DNA from: a virus
Lineage: Duplodnaviria > Caudoviricetes
Reading direction: 5' to 3' (one strand)
DNA length: 62,405 nt
Virus record (IMG/VR): IMGVR_UViG_3300012665_000357
Span: 1-62,405 of that record
Positions within the stretch are counted from its first letter, which is position 1. Every line of letters starts with the position of its first letter. The notes below the pieces were generated by a model. The model was not told where the DNA came from. It searched no databases and saw only the letters and a list, made by a program, of their open reading frames with translations. Of the stretch, positions 48,201 through 55,392 are shown in pieces. A program made the position numbers and the translations under genes.

Positions 48201-49803
48201 ACCCTTGATTAGCTACTCCAAAGTTTACTAAAATCACTTCGCCATCAACTGGCAAGCTATCTGTTTCTTCAACTAATGTAAGCTGGCGACGGGTACCGTC
48301 ACCTATTTGAACTGTTATAAATTTAGTTCTAAATATTCTATTCTTAACAAGTAAATCTGTATCAGCAGTAAACAATATACGCATACCGTTTACTAGTTGA
48401 ACTCCGTCTATATTATAGCCAAGGCTACCTTCTATAGTTGAAAATACATCAGATGTAAATGTATCTATTAAATCAACATTAGCTTTAGCCTGTACCCCAA
48501 AGTTATGTAATTTAATACCTGCATTAAATTCAATAATAGGTCTTTTTGCTCGTGCTGTTTGATCAAGGCTAGGTATTTTATTATTAAATGCTGCGGAAGT
48601 TTTTATAACATCTGCGTGAACCCATCTGTTATATCTACTCCACGGATTTTTATCATTACTAGCTCGGGCTATTGTAATATAATCTTTTTTAGTTGAGTAA
48701 GACAATGCATCACTAAACGGTAAATTATCAAAAGGTGTGTCATCAAATAATACCGCAACTTCTGACGAATACGGACTAATAACCACTAGGTCATCTTTGT
48801 TTATAAGTTGAATAGACGATCCAACTCCTTCTACGTACCACTCGCCTGCCCCATAAACAGTCGGCGTTACTTGGCCAGTAAAAGACACTTTCATCCCGTT
48901 ACTTAATGCAGTACCGTCTGGCAGCACATAGGATCTTTTTCCTATAACATCAGCATTAATATCTAAAAAAGTATTTTCTGTTATGTCTAAAATTTGAATC
49001 ACGCCGCCGGTGTTTACATCATTTTCGCTTACATAATATAGAACATCTGGGGTATCTTCAGTTACAACAAAAGTGATATTTCCTGATTCAACGGCCGATC
49101 CGGCAACATTATCAGTGTAACGATCTACGCTACCGGTTATTCTAGTTGTCTTGATACTAATAGGATGTCCAGGGGTTGTTATATCAAATACGTAAGTTTG
49201 TCCCCTAAATAACGTTAATGTTGGGTTTCTAGTTAATCCGTCTGGATTGAGCAATAATGCTGTATTGTCGCCTTCGTCAACTGTGGTAATAGTATAAGTT
49301 GTTTCAATAGCTAACTGTTGTCCGGGAATATTGATTGTATCAGGGCCGTAAGGTAACCAATAGTACTGTTGGAAGTTTACAAATTTATCCCAGTCAATCT
49401 GTGGATTCCAAGAATAGAATTCTTGTTTATTAAGTCTTTCTTCGTTGTTAGTTATACCGCCAAGTGTTTTAATTTGATTAGTATAGTCGATATAATCTTT
49501 TAGAAAAGTAACATTACCAAGATAGTCTTTAATTATAGCTGCAGGTTCTAATTGATAAGACTGTCTGTCAGCGTCGGTGGCTTCTAAGAAAATATCTGGT
49601 CCAACTGACGCCTTAGCATTTTGTCTACCTATGTAACCGTTAATCTTTTTAACTGTGCCAGACTGTGTTAATTGGTCAACTGTTGCTTGTAAGAATTTTT
49701 TATTAGAATCAGTTCTATAAAATCTAGGTAATAATCGTGCAGATTCTCTACTAGATTTGCCAGTAGGAACCCCATATTCGTTTTGATTATTATCGTATGC
49801 CAT
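36235..49803 (-). CDS. giant (4522 aa) baseplate/virion structural protein, in the T4 gp7 position
   Basis: Uninterrupted 13.6-kb ORF directly after the gp6-like gene; FG-GAP-like propeller repeats, aromatic CBM-like repeats, G.GY..P beta repeats, V.VNG...DY Ig-like repeats. Confidence 0.85.
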   Translation of the reverse strand: MAYDNNQNEYGVPTGKSSRESARLLPRFYRTDSNKKFLQATVDQLTQSGTVKKINGYIGRQNAKASVGPDIFLEATDADRQSYQLEPAAIIKDYLGNVTFLKDYIDYTNQIKTLGGITNNEERLNKQEFYSWNPQIDWDKFVNFQQYYWLPYGPDTINIPGQQLAIETTYTITTVDEGDNTALLLNPDGLTRNPTLTLFRGQTYVFDITTPGHPISIKTTRITGSVDRYTDNVAGSAVESGNITFVVTEDTPDVLYYVSENDVNTGGVIQILDITENTFLDINADVIGKRSYVLPDGTALSNGMKVSFTGQVTPTVYGAGEWYVEGVGSSIQLINKDDLVVISPYSSEVAVLFDDTPFDNLPFSDALSYSTKKDYITIARASNDKNPWSRYNRWVHADVIKTSAAFNNKIPSLDQTARAKRPIIEFNAGIKLHNFGVQAKANVDLIDTFTSDVFSTIEGSLGYNIDGVQLVNGMRILFTADTDLLVKNRIFRTKFITVQIGDGTRRQLTLVEETDSLPVDGEVILVNFGVANQGSMFWFDEAANSWKAAQSKTSVNQDPLFDLFDDNNISFSNTGTYDGSTFTGNKIFSYKRGTSTADAELGFALSYKNISNIGDIVFEFNLLKDSFSYKNLENVLTKTTNTGFLKKSQGYNFISYTNGWITNNSAYYQPIVRIYKNSNLVNNFPIDVYDNVLLLDDLEVRVYINGKRLEKSKFNVVTTLTYKMVVLTIDVLLTDVVTLKCFSKQEKNNNGYYEIPVNLQNNPLNNDIDSFTLGQVIDHVDSIIDNLNSFSGAFPGQSNLRDVGPISQYGTKFVQHSGPLNMSLYHITGQTANIIKSIDSAREDYATFKRYFLQVAENSGIDTDTKRHVDYVLSLINQNNSSTFPYYLSDMVGYKAANKIEYTVLDSRISTYPITNVFDMSTLSNKSVNVYLNGIQLSHGIDYTFNQEGFVDISATLSVGDLIEVYEYESTDGCFIPSTPTKLGLWPKFPPTMYLDDTFIEPTNVIQGHDGSIVVAYGDYRDELLLELEKRIFNNIKINYTSNVFDIFDHIPGNNRTTDYSKQEFDKILSSSFFYWANQLTQDYTKGINFDSTNYFTYNYIGQQAPDGTEVPGYWRGVYTWLLDTDRPHITPWEMLGYTIKPTWWETVYGTAPYTSDNLLLWEDLADGIIREPGKPIVRNTKFVRPFLKTFVPVDGDGKLLSPLEANLARGLIGSDVKKDFVFGDSGPVEAAWRRSSLYPFAVIKTLLLMSPNKILGTCFDRSRIIKNNNNQTVYKDTNLRLKLSDIVLPSNSSSTARIFTSGLVNYIIDFLTTDTTTLHDEYQTDLTSLTNNLINRLGGFTSKAKFKLLLDSKSPTAAGSVYVPEENYNIVLNTSSPIKKLSYSGLLITKVDIGFEIKGYNLDEPYFNYYDYQLTDRVITVGGVSDSFTLWQPNKNYVVGSIVKNLNQYFRTTVSHTSINSFDVNKFAKLPELPVTGGRTVELRKGWNRRNVLTLPYGKTLATAQEVVEFIQGYGEYLKDQGFTFEDFNNTQGVVYNWETTINEFLFWTTQNWKLGSIIALSPSAYSLSLALNLATVNDIKDLFYGYNLFREDGQKLEPEFTSIAREDSLFSVRSKNTNHGIYGATFYLIQKEHVVVIDNSTLFNDTIYDPETGYRQERIKIAGFITQNWNGGFDIPGFVFDAATVSQWSAWTDYALGDVVKHKEFYYSAKSFLPGIDVFKAEDWIMLKEKPTSKLLPNLDYKTEQFRDFYDLDTDNFDVQQQKFAQHLIGYQKRQYLENIIKDEVSEYKFYQGMIQEKGTQNVLNKLFDVLSADNQESLTFNEEWALRVGEYGASDSFEEIEIILDQTKFKVNPQPYELVQTVDQSIVDFVIRQSPSDVYIKPADYNNSPWPVVANNNSFLRTPGYVRYSDVLEHVDVLSEITTKDILTFKDGDYVWTAFEGRSWNVYRFSRTTAKVHSVDYNTTSGKLTINFDRIPDADLIAGSIIGIVNAANIQGFHTISSVRLADINITIPKLQWSAFEDSSQILTFKFTPVRLDSIDNANNVITTDLKVNELIWTDNNGQGKWAIWKNSPVYNSTVVTQLLPTANQNFGKAVAVANTGKTLAVKTSADTVGIYLKEAAESVWGFRQEISAPTGLATDLNDSFGACLSFSADERWLAISAPMASGVKTLYEGDFVPSTTYAINSIVKINNTHWQAVRDAVSSDSTIDQFSLDWQPANLISATTIGTTGPSSQGMICLYERDDTLQYSPVAFFVSPEPVSNEQFGSVVEIAKSGSEYIMAISSPGYNSNQGRVYLYRYTIVDTATEWRMDYDRNYRGIFNSLIQYYANDIVFYNYELYKAVGTQAPGAFGSSDWEVISDKNILGYFPKQITSDATTLYSEFTRNDNVETILQGDLFGHDIALSSDGTYIVVAAPNADQLNYNNYKGIYNTSFEYDINDVVFYATGYYKYNLLLDIVPPGAFNPANWTLLSDNLERSTGKVFVYNYDGDSYDLTNTLSANLASVNVGEKFGESVDISSDGAHLAVGTTLADVDNGDQGKVVIFKNTNNVFNEHQVITSISKEQGEKFGHQVKFMNDSRTLVVSSVNGDSSLKTTFDETATTFDNRLLRLNDITINSGRIDIFDRYNENYIYAESLEHDGSTAAGYSATLSVGKNIVVTSAPNSSYLANQSGIVFSYTKKKNTFSWTQDHTEINKVNVDKIKKAFLYDKTTSKLITYLDIVDPIQGKIPGVADQELKYKTYYDPAVYSIKGTDTDVVVDTGMDWTAESVGQLWWDLTRAKFVESNSSDVVYRNTNWNSLYDTSSIDVYEWVESKILPSAWDKLADTEAGLVQGISGLSKYGDNAYSIKRRYDSITQTFKNTYYFWVKNKTIIPNVAGRVISSMDVADLISNPKTEGYQFIAFTSSNSFSLYNVEQLLKDRDVVLTVQYWIVNNKELNAHTHWKIISETDTAVIPYELENKWVDSLVGKDVNNRVVPDILLPVKNRYGIESRPRQGMFVNRFEALKQIIDHANGVLKTNLITDDFDLSTLLTLEPTPSEIKGLYDSKIDTDSELRFIGTSGLTTAILSPVIIDGRIIGATILNQGLGYKNAPYISVTGSGKNAVVKTVINTQGKVTGVQIINSGEGYLEDTTFAIRSYSVLVAADSEALNKWSIYEWNANKFNWTRTKNQAYDVTKFWNYIDWYANGYNQFTKIDHLVSGTYQIAVLEASIGETVKVLSVGTGGWLLLEKIANVDTIDYTVNYKVIGRQNGTIQFASTLYNFISSTLGYDGPQFDGDVYDNTASVELRYILEALKNSIFIDNLRLEYIKLFFISLRYVLHEQTFVDWIMKTSFVKAKHNVGALTQKVTYNNDNLENFEDYINEVKPYRTKIREYVSTYNSIDYSQSSVTDFDLQTAVIAGKLETIKVIVDESGNITANTGAVLSYPWKHWFDHVGFKISSIEIANGGSGYISNPRVIFEGGFGSGAEAFAYVSSGRVNRILIVNAGTGYLKAPTIRLDGGLSESGIAASAVAIIESEVVRSTKIGMRFDRLSKTYSIVDLEITEDNTTNSVLVGTGSRSQFPLKFSPDVKTNTPVVTVGGQDVLKDDFALIVKTSTTKGFTSYSGSITFATAPAVGEIISVTYTKNFDHLSATDRIQHYYAPTTGQLGKDFSQLMLGVDYGGVSVTGLGFGINGGWDSLPWFTDNWDSFDPLFDDTIIIAFNGQYTFSLGYAPAINQEINIYVSRFDEGSNKYLPGVRVDDPYYDDYDGSTIQPNGRVIAPDNTVMNTFVGNGTANSITLPSARIIILERDKVIFRKSTSDGSFVPSGSELDTSLTGGNLGYTTATGLAADDIILDGDGLITAANSHAPEEVVPGQVQDTLAIKVFSAPTNGSAKIIYRNYLGDGAITTFDIGQYPNSRQAVIVRVGNQIKKLDIDYSINWQQMEVELNVAPTGLVSVISFGFNGTDVLDLDYFVGDNNTLEFITNARYVDTLNSIVLVNGIQASLGENTVDPGIAIYEIFETDDSYAYKGHAGIRFTTPPTDSQVINYILTSSLTEDQTTSIVRTETVITDGSSYTYSLANTVGVNLPLGSSVIVRQGQTILKSVNSEYYTLTDNEYTYDLPQHKFAPFIVDSADIRVFVNGELLNSGADYTLDMSVISVTISEDVYVAGAALCISVVTGSDFTISSNLITFNTLYPANTEFEITSFYNHNVLAIQRTKDTFTPAVTLTPGTVDYYRFTKKKGGFIKLEKSVIADSYVWVIKNGQLLRHSFEYSLMDDFKTVKLYDTLLSTDVVQIYAFSSDITLPGISYMQFKDILNRVHYKRLNKDKQSVLTSNLNWNDTEISVHDGSVFTEPNISRNIPGVVEINGERIEYLQKDGNVLRQLRRGTLGTGIPTVHIVGKFVTDIGVTETIPYKDEYVSETFIYDGSSTTFSLNYAPGINDVEVFVGGYRLKKEAYFMHNVSVAPYSPEGDVEHLAQFEVDSSSNTITIDPTVLIEPGIKITVVKKIGKVWNDTGKSLAGSENNIAMFLKNQPATNKY

Positions 49804-52800
49804 TAATTACTCCCTGTACTAGATACATTCTGCTGTGCTAATATTACGGATTCTGCTGCAATGTTGCCTAAACTCTTAATGTTGCTTGATGATATGTTTG
49901 AAATAATTTCTATGTTATCCACAGTACAACCGCTAATAAAAATTTGATCTTTTTCTGCTGCAATCTCGTATAAGCTACCAAAAGATAAGTTAGCTTGAGT
50001 TGGGACTATAATAAAATTTACAATGTATGGTGACACGCTATTCATTACATACGCAGCTAACTCTGAGAAATAAAATTTATCTCCAAACTCCCAATTTTCT
50101 AAACTGAAGAATTCGTTAATTGCAATTAATACTCGTGTTTTAGTATCATTGTCACTGACAACTTGCTCAGAGTTTTTAACTACTTTAAAAGTTGCTCTAA
50201 CATCGGCACTAGCTGTTGTCCCAAATAACACTTTATATTTTACCGGGTGATATATAACCTCATCACTTATTGATTTAATTTTATTAAGTTCCGGTGATAA
50301 CAAATTATATAAATTGTCACTGCTAGGCGGTAGTGGCTCAGTAGAAAGTGTGCCGTCTAACCATTGACGGTATTTTGTGTCATATTCTTTAGTTAAAACA
50401 AATACATCAATTAAATTAGTTAGACCCGGATCAATTCGAGTCTCGTAATCTGCATTATGGATATATTGAAATTTAATGCCATCTCTACCAACATAGACTT
50501 TATAATTTAAACTAGGTACCAATATTGCATTTGTTAAATTTAATCTTTTAACAACATTAGTATTAACAAAATAAAAATATTGTCCGTCAGTATAATTTAA
50601 GAAAGATCCTACTAACGATTCTGACTGTAAAATTTTTACAATTTCTGTATCGTTATTAATATATCGATAGTCTTCTTGATTTTGACTTACTGTATACTTT
50701 TCTAATACAATATATTTGTCTTTTACATCAGCGGTTTCATTAGCTGGATCAACTATTAAATCAAATAGATCTGGATTATCAATAACTCCGTCATCGTCTG
50801 TATCGCTAAATGTTATTTGAATTTTTTTAGTGTCAATATACCCGTCAAGGCCTTTAAATTCTTCAGATATTTCCCAATCTAAATCATAGGTAAAAGGCGT
50901 TAGTACAAAAGGTTTATTGTTTATACTTAAAATTTTAATTTTGTCTTTTACAACAGTGTTGGATCTAGTGTCATAGATTTTGTCAGACGAATCAAAATAA
51001 AATCTAATCTGTGCATCACTTTCAAAAATGTATCTAAGTTCTCTACTAGTAACAGTATAAAACTCGCTGTCGGTTGTGAATAGTAATAACCAACTTTGAT
51101 CTTGTTTTTGATTTGTCTTATCGCCTTGCTTGCCTAAACTAAATGCATCAACTATATTCAAATTAGATTCAAAAATGATTACCCATTGTTTAGTAACATT
51201 GTTATATCGTAATCCGAAAGGTTTGTTTGAAAATATAAGATCAACCATAGTTGCTACTGTAGAGTCACTTATTGTATTTCTATATATAGGAATAATTTGA
51301 GTTACTAACGCACCGTCAGGAATTTTTTCGTTTACAATAATTGGGCCGTTGCCAGAATCTAAAACACCGGTGCCGTTACTTGTGCCATCACCGGATACAG
51401 ATACTATTTTTGCCCAAATAACTGTAGTTGATCCGATCACTGACGGGATACCATATGTTAATCTGTTAGAGTTATTTTGATCAAAGTATTGCCCAAGTGG
51501 TGCAGTAAATTTAATTAAAGACCCTGATTCGACATATTTTAAATCAGTGCTAGTAGTACTGCCCACTTTGTAAGGGAGAGTAGGCTCGCCAATATACCCA
51601 GTTGATTGATTACTGTCAGTGGTAATTTCTTGCCATGTAATTCCTAAAGGAGCAGTATCAATTTTACTAAAATTAGAATAATAAAAATTTCTAAGAGAAT
51701 CTTTTTCCAACAGTGCATATATTTCATTATAGATAACTGCTTGGATGTCAGTTCTTGTTGCATAAGAAAATCTAAAACTATTGTTAAATTCTTCTTTGTA
51801 TATTACACCGTCGTCTGAAAATAAATTTGTTTTAGAATATTTTCCTGTTGGGTCAACTAGATCAAAATATCTACTTATACCGCTTGAACTACGATTAACT
51901 GCCTTGACCTTAACTATAGTTTGATTAACACTTAAGGGATTAATATTGTAATCCTCGCCGGTGATCATTCTATTTTGAGTATAGTAGGTAGCGGGAGCGT
52001 TATTTTTAATTGAATCGTTTGTTTCTGCAGGAGATGAGTTTGATACAGAAGTCTGTAGTGCTAGGGTAACTGTTAACACTTCTGCTTGTCCCACATTACT
52101 AACGTAAGGAATTTCAACAGCAATATTTCTAATATCTCTAGGATTGATTGTATAGCTTAATCCATTACTAACTCTATAGTAAACTCTAAATTGTCCTTCA
52201 GGTAAGTTTCCAAATGTACCGTCACTAAATGCTAGACTTACTCTATCTCCTGTACGAGTAACAACACTATAGAAGTTTTTAATTTGTTTGTTTAAACTAT
52301 TGTAAATTACATTGTTTCCTTCTACGCTAGAAACTTGTGCCCAAAGCTCACTTTCTAATCCGTTGTTATCTACACGATATAACCAGAGGTCGCTGTTGTT
52401 AATATTAACTGCATCTAAATCAACTATCTCATTAGTACTAGGCTGAGATACTGTAAATGTTCCTTGATTCAAAGAACCTTGTTTAAAATTTAAGAAAAAT
52501 CCGTTACTTCCGCTGCCTGCGCCCTTGCCGTCATTGCGGTATATAAATGATAACTTGTTACCTACTGCAGGGGGTTCTTCATAAATTTCATCTTTACCGG
52601 TAAAGGTAGTTGATGTAACTTCAAAATTAATATTTCTTCCGTCTATTAATTTTGAAAAAGAATAAACAGGAACATTTAAATTTGATGCTTGAAAACGATA
52701 TTGTTCAGTAGGAAGACCATAAATTATACCTTTATCGTCAGGATTTCCAAACTGTCCCGTTGTTGCTAATGCTGAATTAATAACATTTATAAATTGATCG

Positions 52801-53258
52801 TACCAGTTGGTATTAGTAGTACTGTTCCACTGAATAACTTGTCCAGAGAGATTCTTCCCGTTACTGTCTAATACATTTTGTGTTGTAACTACGCTTTGAA
52901 ATTTTAATAATCCACTAGCAGCAATGTTGCGTTTTGCATTATAGCTTAACAGTCTTGCTAGACGTAGTACACTTTCTCGGCGTTCTGCTAATTCTAAAAA
53001 GTTTTCACGTGCATTTAAGTCAATTCTAAAGCTAATGCTTTGTCCTAAAAATGCAATTAAATCAATGAGCGCAAGATATTCGCTACTTTCAATATAGTCG
53101 TTATAATCTTCTGGGTAATTTTCTCTAATGTAGCTGATCATTACACGACGTAAATTTTCAAAATCATAGCTTTGAAAATCTGCATTGCGGAAACTTTGAT
53201 AGATTCGTTTCCAGTCCTCTGCTACTAGTAGTCTATTTTGTCTATCTGTTGCTGACAT
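49803..53258 (-). CDS. baseplate wedge protein (T4 gp6-like)
   Basis: DFENLR...YNDYIESS...ENFLELAERRESVLRLARLLSYNAKR; QNRMITGEDY. Confidence 0.85.
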   Translation of the reverse strand: MSATDRQNRLLVAEDWKRIYQSFRNADFQSYDFENLRRVMISYIRENYPEDYNDYIESSEYLALIDLIAFLGQSISFRIDLNARENFLELAERRESVLRLARLLSYNAKRNIAASGLLKFQSVVTTQNVLDSNGKNLSGQVIQWNSTTNTNWYDQFINVINSALATTGQFGNPDDKGIIYGLPTEQYRFQASNLNVPVYSFSKLIDGRNINFEVTSTTFTGKDEIYEEPPAVGNKLSFIYRNDGKGAGSGSNGFFLNFKQGSLNQGTFTVSQPSTNEIVDLDAVNINNSDLWLYRVDNNGLESELWAQVSSVEGNNVIYNSLNKQIKNFYSVVTRTGDRVSLAFSDGTFGNLPEGQFRVYYRVSNGLSYTINPRDIRNIAVEIPYVSNVGQAEVLTVTLALQTSVSNSSPAETNDSIKNNAPATYYTQNRMITGEDYNINPLSVNQTIVKVKAVNRSSSGISRYFDLVDPTGKYSKTNLFSDDGVIYKEEFNNSFRFSYATRTDIQAVIYNEIYALLEKDSLRNFYYSNFSKIDTAPLGITWQEITTDSNQSTGYIGEPTLPYKVGSTTSTDLKYVESGSLIKFTAPLGQYFDQNNSNRLTYGIPSVIGSTTVIWAKIVSVSGDGTSNGTGVLDSGNGPIIVNEKIPDGALVTQIIPIYRNTISDSTVATMVDLIFSNKPFGLRYNNVTKQWVIIFESNLNIVDAFSLGKQGDKTNQKQDQSWLLLFTTDSEFYTVTSRELRYIFESDAQIRFYFDSSDKIYDTRSNTVVKDKIKILSINNKPFVLTPFTYDLDWEISEEFKGLDGYIDTKKIQITFSDTDDDGVIDNPDLFDLIVDPANETADVKDKYIVLEKYTVSQNQEDYRYINNDTEIVKILQSESLVGSFLNYTDGQYFYFVNTNVVKRLNLTNAILVPSLNYKVYVGRDGIKFQYIHNADYETRIDPGLTNLIDVFVLTKEYDTKYRQWLDGTLSTEPLPPSSDNLYNLLSPELNKIKSISDEVIYHPVKYKVLFGTTASADVRATFKVVKNSEQVVSDNDTKTRVLIAINEFFSLENWEFGDKFYFSELAAYVMNSVSPYIVNFIIVPTQANLSFGSLYEIAAEKDQIFISGCTVDNIEIISNISSSNIKSLGNIAAESVILAQQNVSSTGSN

Positions 53259-53285
53259 ATCTGCATCCTATATCAGATATTTATT
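53257..53285 (-). promoter_or_regulatory. putative late promoter (AATAAATA) with SD/start-sequestering hairpin
   Basis: 7-bp stem 53257-53263/53274-53280 with a 10-nt loop containing AGGA; covers the AT of the start codon. Confidence 0.65.
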
Positions 53286-53305
53286 GGAATTAATAATCTG
53301 GGTGT

Positions 53306-53749
53306 TTAATTAATTAGACCGTTATTTTGATCAAATGCCAGTTGTATAGATTCAGAAATATTGTAAGGAAGATAAGTCAACACACATTCAATTTGTATGC
53401 CGCTTTCGTAGCTAGTAACAATAACTTGATCTGCCCGTACTCGAGGATCGTAATTGATAATGTTTTCAACATCTTTAACAATTAGTTCTTTTATATTTTC
53501 AGTTAACGGTTCAAACAGTGTATCCCAAATAATAGTACCAAACTCTGGCTGTAGTAATCGTTCCCCTTGACGTATATGAAAATGATTTATAATGTCTTGT
53601 TTGATCAATGGCAGGTCATAAAGAGAAAACCCTTCACTAGTAGTATTGACTGTGCTAAATCCTCTGTAGGTTCTAGTAGACGGTAACTCTTGAGCATTTT
53701 TAGGCCCAGGGACTGTTAGAGTTTCGTATAATGTGTTAGTAATTGCCAT
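53306..53749 (-). CDS. baseplate wedge subunit (T4 gp25-like)
   Basis: LIKQDIINHF..GERL.QPEFGT.IWD.LFEP...DPRV. Confidence 0.9.
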   Translation of the reverse strand: MAITNTLYETLTVPGPKNAQELPSTRTYRGFSTVNTTSEGFSLYDLPLIKQDIINHFHIRQGERLLQPEFGTIIWDTLFEPLTENIKELIVKDVENIINYDPRVRADQVIVTSYESGIQIECVLTYLPYNISESIQLAFDQNNGLIN

Positions 53750-53762
53750 AATTTATTGCTCC

Positions 53763-55391
53763 TTAGGTACCTTTAATTTTTGCAAAAGTATCGGTTGTTG
53801 TTGAGTATTCTTTCCACGATGTAGGTACTTCTATATCGCTGCCTGCTTCTCTGTCTGTTTTTTCTGCTTTAAAACTAATAGGGTCTAAATTTTCGTGGTG
53901 TGGCCACGGCTCGTGCGTTGGTATGCGCAACATGATACTAGTAATTCCGTTTTCTGTATCGATAGGATTAACAAACGTTGATAATGCTTCCGGGGGTGTG
54001 GCAGTAGTTGCTTTTGCTGCTGATTCTGCACTTGGCCCATTCATATGAATTATTGACGCTTCTTCAAAGTGATTGCCACCGGAGTTTATGTTTGTATTTC
54101 CGCCCGTTGTAAAATTATTATTTCCACTTGATTTTAAGTTAAAGTCTCCATCAGAGAACAACTTAGAAGTTCCGGATGTGTTTATATCCAAATCGCCTTT
54201 AGTTGTAATTAACTGATTGCCAGTAACTACTATGTTCTGATTACCTGCTACAGATATAGTCCTATCACCGTCAACTATTAAATTAAAGTTTTCACCTACT
54301 TCTTGCTGAAATCTGTTTGCAACTTTTAAATTAAAATTGCGCCCAACTTCAATGTTAAAATCTCTATCAGCATAAAAATTAAAATCTTGTTTAGTGCGCA
54401 CACTGATACTATCTTCAGCAAAAATATCTATCTTACCATCGCTTGACAATTCTATCCATGCTGTTCCACGGGCATTGCCAATGTAGATTAAATCTTCGCT
54501 ATTATGTAAAAGAATTTGATGACCTGTTCTAGTGCGTATTCTTACCAATTCGTTGTGTGGAATAGTTTTATCACCCGATGGCACTTCTCCTTCGGTCAAC
54601 GCTTCTAAAGCTTCGTATTCTGGAGGACCTTCACTAGGTGATGTTAGCCTAATAAATTTGTCATCACCGTCATCCATTACAAACGTAGTGCCGCCAAGTC
54701 TACTAACAAATGCACTAGTTGTTTCAGACTCTGCTTTACCTACATTTCCTTGTTTGGCGTTTTCTTGTTTATCTACCGGTCCAGGTGTAGATATACCAAA
54801 TACTGCGCTCGGCCATTCTCTTCTTGCGCTACTAGTAGTAATGCCTCTAATGTCATCTTCAATTAATCCTTGATTAGTTAACACTGTTTTTAGAGGATGT
54901 ATCGGTTTATAAATTTGTTCAGGGTCACTGATTGCAATATCGTTTGCATTTCTATTAAATTCTGCGGTTGGGGATCTACCAGATTCTTCGTTTGAATCTG
55001 TGGCAGCTAGTCCCGGAACCATAAAATTCATGAACTCGTCTTGTACACACCCCATCCAATAACCTTTAGTTGTGTCTCCCTCTACAAAAATAACCATGAC
55101 AATTCCGCCTACATCGGGAGGGATAAACCACATTCCGTAACTCTTTTGACTGTCGTTATAGGTATTTTCGTTTCCTAGAAATTCTGCACTAGTTACTCCG
55201 TAAAACGGATTTAAGTATTTGACCTGAAACACTTGTCCTGATGCTTTACTGTCACTTCCTGATTTTCCTAGCAACTCAACTTCTAAACTTCCCATATATT
55301 TGGAATCTAGATGACTGACAATTTTAGCAAGGAATGGTCCAGGATTTGATAAAAATCCTTCTTCTGCTGATCTACGTTGTTCTACTGACAT
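53763..55391 (-). CDS. baseplate central spike (T4 gp5/VgrG-like)
   Basis: N-terminal OB-fold (GMWFIPPDVG..V.V.FVEGD..GYW.G), RTRTGHQI, beta-helix repeats, C-terminal PTHEPWPHH; no lysozyme motif recognised. Confidence 0.85.
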   Translation of the reverse strand: MSVEQRRSAEEGFLSNPGPFLAKIVSHLDSKYMGSLEVELLGKSGSDSKASGQVFQVKYLNPFYGVTSAEFLGNENTYNDSQKSYGMWFIPPDVGGIVMVIFVEGDTTKGYWMGCVQDEFMNFMVPGLAATDSNEESGRSPTAEFNRNANDIAISDPEQIYKPIHPLKTVLTNQGLIEDDIRGITTSSARREWPSAVFGISTPGPVDKQENAKQGNVGKAESETTSAFVSRLGGTTFVMDDGDDKFIRLTSPSEGPPEYEALEALTEGEVPSGDKTIPHNELVRIRTRTGHQILLHNSEDLIYIGNARGTAWIELSSDGKIDIFAEDSISVRTKQDFNFYADRDFNIEVGRNFNLKVANRFQQEVGENFNLIVDGDRTISVAGNQNIVVTGNQLITTKGDLDINTSGTSKLFSDGDFNLKSSGNNNFTTGGNTNINSGGNHFEEASIIHMNGPSAESAAKATTATPPEALSTFVNPIDTENGITSIMLRIPTHEPWPHHENLDPISFKAEKTDREAGSDIEVPTSWKEYSTTTDTFAKIKGT

Positions 55392-55392
55392 G

